Below the pieces are notes generated by a model, which did not search any database, was not told the origin of the DNA, and worked only from the letters and a program-made list of their open reading frames with translations. From an uncultured Desulfobacteraceae bacterium (GTDB lineage Bacteria > Desulfobacterota > DSM-4660 > Desulfatiglandales > Desulfatiglandaceae): DNA of 64,000 bases. The stretch lies in the NCBI GenBank assembly GCA_964588535.1, contig CAZPQA010000005.1, positions 5,177 to 69,176 on the forward strand, read 5' to 3'. Below, piece by piece: positions 59,559 through 64,000 of the stretch (the stretch's first letter is position 1; each line of letters opens with the position of its first letter). A program made the translations under genes and the position numbers.

Positions 59559-62500
59559 ATGATAACATTTAAAATCAATGACAGGGAAGTTCAGGGAGAG
59601 GAAGGGCAGTATATCCTTGACGTGGCCAAAAAGGCCGGCATGGAAATTCCCACCCTCTGCCATCATGAGGCCCTGGAGCCAGCGGGCATGTGCCGGCTAT
59701 GTACCGTTGAACTGTTTGACGGGCGAAAAACCAGATTTGTAACCGCCTGCAACTACCCCATCTGGGAAGGGATGGAGGTGTTTACGGATTCCGAATCTGT
59801 GACCCAGGGGCGCAAACTCATTGTGGAATTACTGCTGGCCCGCTGCCCCGATGTCCCGTTGCTCAAAGACCTAGGCCTCAAATACGGCATCAAAGAACCC
59901 CGTTTTGCGCCGGAGGGAGATGACTGCATCCTCTGCGGCCTTTGCGTTCGCATCTGTGAAAAGATGGGCAATAACGCCATCAGCTTCACGGGGCGCGGTG
60001 TGGAGATGAAGGTGGATACGCCCTTTAATGTGCAAACCGAATTCTGTATGGGGTGTGGATCGTGTGCCTCGGTCTGTCCCACGGGTCATATCAACCTGGA
60101 AGACATCGCCGTCCATCAGGTGAAGCCCATCCCTTCGGAATATGACATGGGGCTGAAAGGGAGAAAACCTATTTATGTCCCCTATGCCCAGGCCATTCCC
60201 AACATCCCGGCCATTGATCGGGACATGTGCGTGCATTTCAAGACCGGAGCCTGCCAGGTATGCACGGAATTCTGCGGTGTGGACGCCATTGATCATCTGC
60301 AGCAGGACGAGACCATCGAACTGGAAGTGGGGTCCATCATTCTGGCACCGGGATTCCAGCCTTTCGACCCCTCCGAATTAACCCACTATGGCTACGGCCG
60401 GCATCCCAATGTGATGACGGCAATGGAGTTTGAGCGTATTTTGTCGGCTTCGGGTCCCACCATGGGGCACCTCACGCGGCCGTCTGACGGAGAGGCGCCC
60501 AAAAAAATTGCCTGGATCCAATGCGTGGGATCCAGGGAGGAAAACCGCTGTGATCACGAATATTGTTCATCTGTGTGCTGTATGTACGCCATCAAGGAAG
60601 CGGTCATCGCCAAGGAACATGCGGGGGCCGATCTCGATTGCACCATCTTTTACATGGATATGCGGACCCACGGCAAGGATTTCGAGCGCTTTTATGACGA
60701 TGCCCGAAATAAGCATGGGGTCCGGTTTATCCGGTCCCGTGTCCCTGCCGTTGAGACCGTCAAAGGGCGGGATGAACTGGCCATTACCTATGTAAATGAA
60801 CAGATGACGCCCACGACGGAATCGTTTGATCTGGTGGTCCTGTCCGTGGGAATGGAAACCCCCCAAGCGCTGATGGAACTGGCAGATCGACTGGGTGTGG
60901 ATCTAACCGCGGGCCATTTCTGCGACACTCCTTCATTTCATCCCGTGGCCACATCCCGGGAAGGGATTTTCGTGTGCGGCGCCTTCGCAGGCCCGAAAGA
61001 TATCCCCCAGTCTGTTGTGGAAGCCAGTTCGGCAGCGGCTGAAGCAGGGGCCCTTCTAAAGGAAGCCCGAAACACCCTGACCCAACAGGAAACCTTTCCG
61101 GAGGAGCGGGTTATTGCCGGTGAGCGGCCCAGGATCGGCGTTTTTGTGTGCCAGTGCGGCATCAACATCAGTGGTGTGGTGGATGTCCCTGCTGTGCGGG
61201 ATTATGCCGCTTCGCTTCCGTACGTGGAATATGTGACCGACAACCTCTATACCTGCTCCCAGGACACTCAGGAGGCCATGGGCAAGGTCATTAGCGAAAA
61301 CAACCTCAACCGCATTGTGGTGGCCGCATGCACCCCCAAGACCCATGAGCCATTGTTCCAGGAAACCCTGGTGGCTGCCGGTCTCAACAAGTACCTCTTT
61401 GAGATGACCAACATTCGCAACCAGGATTCCTGGGTGCATAAGAATGATCCTCAAATGGCCACACAAAAGGCCAGGGACCTGGTGCGCATGGCGGTGGCCA
61501 AGGTAGCACTCATGGAACCCCTGGTGGAAACAGAGCTTGAGATCAACCAGAGGGCACTGGTGGTGGGGGCCGGCATCTCCGGTATGGCAGCCGCCACGAG
61601 CCTTTCGGATCAGGGTTATGAGGTTTGCCTGGTGGAGCGGGAACCGTTTCCGGGCGGGCAGGGGAGTCTTCTGTTTCGAACCTGGAAGGGCGAAGACGTA
61701 CAAATGAACCTCTCCCAAATGATGGATAAGGTCCAATCTAACCCGAATATTGACCTGCGCTTGAATACGGAACTGTCAGGCGTGGAAGGATTTGTGGGGA
61801 ATTTCAAAACGACCCTTTCTAGCGACGGCCATGAAGAACAGGTGGAACACGGCGTGGTGGTGATTGCCACGGGGGCGTTCGAAGGAAAGCCGAATGAGTA
61901 CCTTTACGGTGAGGATGATCGGGTGGTTACCCATCTGGAATTGGATCAGCGATTTATCGGAAACGACCCTGCCTTGAAAGAGATGAAGTCCGCTGTGTTT
62001 ATTCAATGCGTGGGGTCTCGTGAGCCCGAGCGTCCCTATTGTTCACGGGTCTGTTGCACCCATGCCATGGAAAGCGCCCTGCACCTGAAAAAACTGAACC
62101 CCCAAATGCGCGTGGTGGTCCTTTACCGGGACATTCGCACCTATGGAGAGCGGGAATACCTTTACCGGGACGCACGGATGGCAGGTGTTTTGTTCATCCC
62201 CTATAGTGTGGACCGGAAACCGGCGGTTTCCCTGGATGAGGGATCTCTCAAAATCCGGGTGATGGACCCGTTGCTGGGAAGAGAAGTGGCGCTGACAGCC
62301 GACCTGCTCTGCCTGGCTTCCGCCATTGTTCCTTACCGGGATGAAACGCTGGCCCAGATGTTCAAGGTCCCCATGAACGAGGACGGTTTTTTCGTGGAAG
62401 CCCATGCCAAGCTGGGACCGTCGGAGTTCGCCACGGATGGCGTCTTTTTATGCGGTATGGACCACTATCCAAAACCCATTGATGAATCTATCGCACAGGC

Positions 62501-62792
62501 GCTTGCCGCCGCGTCCCGGGCGGTGACCCTCCTGGCCCGGAAAACCGTTCGCATGAGCGGTACGGTGGCCCAGACCGATCCGAGCCAGTGCAGCAGCTGT
62601 GGCGTTTGTCTTGCCATCTGTCCCTATTCTGCGCCGGGGGTCAGGGAAAAAGACCCATTTTCCGGCAAGATCGAGATCAACCCGGCATTGTGCAAGGGAT
62701 GCGGTTTGTGCGTGGCATCCTGCAGATCGGGCGCCCTCAACCTGAAGGGTTTTGGGGAGAATCAAATCATGGCCATGATTAATACGATATAG
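59559..62792 (+). CDS. hdrA: NuoG/HydA-type FeS N-terminus fused to a double-module HdrA lacking its first Rossmann segment
   Basis: IPTLCHH...CRLCTVE and CILCGLCVRIC, followed by HdrA motifs RKPIYVPYAQAIP, QCVGSR, CSSVCC, VFVCQCG, VVGAGISG and CSRVCC. Confidence 0.9.
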   Translation: MITFKINDREVQGEEGQYILDVAKKAGMEIPTLCHHEALEPAGMCRLCTVELFDGRKTRFVTACNYPIWEGMEVFTDSESVTQGRKLIVELLLARCPDVPLLKDLGLKYGIKEPRFAPEGDDCILCGLCVRICEKMGNNAISFTGRGVEMKVDTPFNVQTEFCMGCGSCASVCPTGHINLEDIAVHQVKPIPSEYDMGLKGRKPIYVPYAQAIPNIPAIDRDMCVHFKTGACQVCTEFCGVDAIDHLQQDETIELEVGSIILAPGFQPFDPSELTHYGYGRHPNVMTAMEFERILSASGPTMGHLTRPSDGEAPKKIAWIQCVGSREENRCDHEYCSSVCCMYAIKEAVIAKEHAGADLDCTIFYMDMRTHGKDFERFYDDARNKHGVRFIRSRVPAVETVKGRDELAITYVNEQMTPTTESFDLVVLSVGMETPQALMELADRLGVDLTAGHFCDTPSFHPVATSREGIFVCGAFAGPKDIPQSVVEASSAAAEAGALLKEARNTLTQQETFPEERVIAGERPRIGVFVCQCGINISGVVDVPAVRDYAASLPYVEYVTDNLYTCSQDTQEAMGKVISENNLNRIVVAACTPKTHEPLFQETLVAAGLNKYLFEMTNIRNQDSWVHKNDPQMATQKARDLVRMAVAKVALMEPLVETELEINQRALVVGAGISGMAAATSLSDQGYEVCLVEREPFPGGQGSLLFRTWKGEDVQMNLSQMMDKVQSNPNIDLRLNTELSGVEGFVGNFKTTLSSDGHEEQVEHGVVVIATGAFEGKPNEYLYGEDDRVVTHLELDQRFIGNDPALKEMKSAVFIQCVGSREPERPYCSRVCCTHAMESALHLKKLNPQMRVVVLYRDIRTYGEREYLYRDARMAGVLFIPYSVDRKPAVSLDEGSLKIRVMDPLLGREVALTADLLCLASAIVPYRDETLAQMFKVPMNEDGFFVEAHAKLGPSEFATDGVFLCGMDHYPKPIDESIAQALAAASRAVTLLARKTVRMSGTVAQTDPSQCSSCGVCLAICPYSAPGVREKDPFSGKIEINPALCKGCGLCVASCRSGALNLKGFGENQIMAMINTI

Positions 62793-62809
62793 TTCTGGAG
62801 GACACAAGT

Positions 62810-63286
62810 ATGGGAGCCATTGATCTGGACCAATGCGATTCTGATTTTGTAAAAGAATTGGCCCAACAGCCTGAAGCCGAGAAAATTTCCGCCTGTTTCG
62901 TATGCCGCACCTGCGTTGCCGGATGCCCCATGTCGGCCGTAAACGATACCTTTAATCCGGCGCGGATTATTCGCATGGCCCTTTACGGCATGAAGGAAGA
63001 GATCCTCGAAAGTTCCTTCATCTGGCTCTGTTCCAGCTGCTATACCTGCCAGGAGCGCTGCCCGCAGGGGGTCCGGATTACGGATTTCATGACCCTGTTG
63101 AAAAACATGGCCGTCAAGGAAGGTCATGAACCGTCCGGCATAAAAGCACAGATGGGTTTGACAAAAGGGCAGGGAAGAATTTATCCACTTGACGACTTTG
63201 ATAATAAGAAACGGAAAAAGGCGGGGTTGCCCCAACTGCCCACAACGTGTGATGTGATCGGGGAACTGTTTCCGGATCAGGGGTGA
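62810..63286 (+). CDS. hdrC: Heterodisulfide reductase subunit C
   Basis: CFVCRTCVAGCP and WLCSSCYTCQERCPQGV. Confidence 0.92.
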   Translation: MGAIDLDQCDSDFVKELAQQPEAEKISACFVCRTCVAGCPMSAVNDTFNPARIIRMALYGMKEEILESSFIWLCSSCYTCQERCPQGVRITDFMTLLKNMAVKEGHEPSGIKAQMGLTKGQGRIYPLDDFDNKKRKKAGLPQLPTTCDVIGELFPDQG

Positions 63287-63332
63287 TTTTAGTTAGCTGT
63301 TAGCCTGGTCCCAAGCTCCAGCGTGGAAACCA

Positions 63333-63385
63333 GAAACTTGAAACTCAAAACTCAAAACTTGAAACTTGAAACTTGAAACTTAAAA
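63333..63385. repeat. Intergenic heptamer tandem repeat AAACT(TG/CA) x7
   Basis: Read directly from the sequence. Confidence 0.8.
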
Positions 63386-63414
63386 CCGCGGTTTGCCGCC
63401 TTAGGAACAACTCA

Positions 63415-64000
63415 ATGAAATACGCACTCTTTTTAGGTTGTACCATCCCCGCAAGGGCACGAAACTATGAGCTTTCCGCAAGACGGGTGGCGGAAAAAAC
63501 GGGGGTCGAGCTGGTGGATATGCAAGATTTCATCTGTTGCGGTTTTCCCACCAAGGCCGGGGACATGGATGCGTCCCTGTTGATGGCCGCCTATAATCTG
63601 GCCCTGGCCCGGAAGCATAATCTGGATGTATGCGCCCTGTGCAGTTCCTGTACGTCGGCTTTGTCTGAAGCCGCCCATCATTTATCAGAAAGTGAGGAAG
63701 ATCTTGCGAAGGTGAATGAACGATTGTCCGCCGTGGGATTGCAGTATGAGGGCTTCCCAAGAATCCGGCATTTTGCGCGGGTACTGTTTGAAGAAGTGGG
63801 GGCTGAAGAAATTCAAAAGCATTTTGAAAAGGACTTGAGTGGACTGAACATTGCGACGCACTACGGTTGTCACTATTTGAAACCTTCGGAAATCCACGAC
63901 GGCTTTGATGATCCGGAAAACCCCAACTCCCTGGAAACGATCGTGGCGCTGACCGGCGCAACCATTGTCGATTATCCGGGAAAAATGACCTGCTGTGGCG
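63415..64000 (+). CDS. hdrB: Heterodisulfide reductase subunit B (runs off the window)
   Basis: Manual translation gives MKYALFLGCTIP...FICCGFP...CSSC...HYGCHYLKP...TCCG (CCG domains). Confidence 0.92.
   Translation, partial: MKYALFLGCTIPARARNYELSARRVAEKTGVELVDMQDFICCGFPTKAGDMDASLLMAAYNLALARKHNLDVCALCSSCTSALSEAAHHLSESEEDLAKVNERLSAVGLQYEGFPRIRHFARVLFEEVGAEEIQKHFEKDLSGLNIATHYGCHYLKPSEIHDGFDDPENPNSLETIVALTGATIVDYPGKMTCCG

Noticed and set aside
57086-62792. Respiratory complex I or an [FeFe]-hydrogenase
   Set aside because: No membrane Nuo subunits and no H-cluster motifs are present; the FeS domain is fused to HdrA.

Overview
This 64-kb window comes from an anaerobic bacterium; gene content suggests Desulfobacterota (a sulfate reducer or syntroph), which is an inference. 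(1) Positions 1-12.9 kb hold a minus-strand gas vesicle operon that runs off the left edge behind a sigma54-type promoter. It contains gvpA x2, a repeat-rich GvpC-like protein, gvpN x2, gvpF/L x3, and GvpV- and GvpO-like genes. It is unusually interleaved with chaperone parts: two stand-alone DnaJ-type zinc-finger proteins, a GvpF/L-J-domain fusion and a Cdc48 ATPase. (2) Positions 13-30 kb carry atypical Hsp70s, an HTH-Hsp20 fusion, an NtrC-type activator and PAS kinases. (3) Positions 30-48 kb carry rfbDB, an integrase-less attC cassette pair, several toxin-antitoxin modules, and helicase, cyclase and acyl-CoA dehydrogenase genes. (4) Positions 48-54 kb hold a methylmalonyl-CoA pathway operon, with a MITE inserted in the end of sucC. 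(5) Positions 56.6-64 kb hold an hdr operon in which a selenocysteine-containing HdrA appears split in two around a NuoEF/HydCB-type NADH module. The best candidates for undescribed systems are the gas-vesicle-dedicated 'deconstructed DnaJ'/Hsp70/Cdc48 chaperone module and the split Sec-HdrA/NuoEFG complex. All calls come from motif recognition by eye; no database searches were run, so novelty is unverified.
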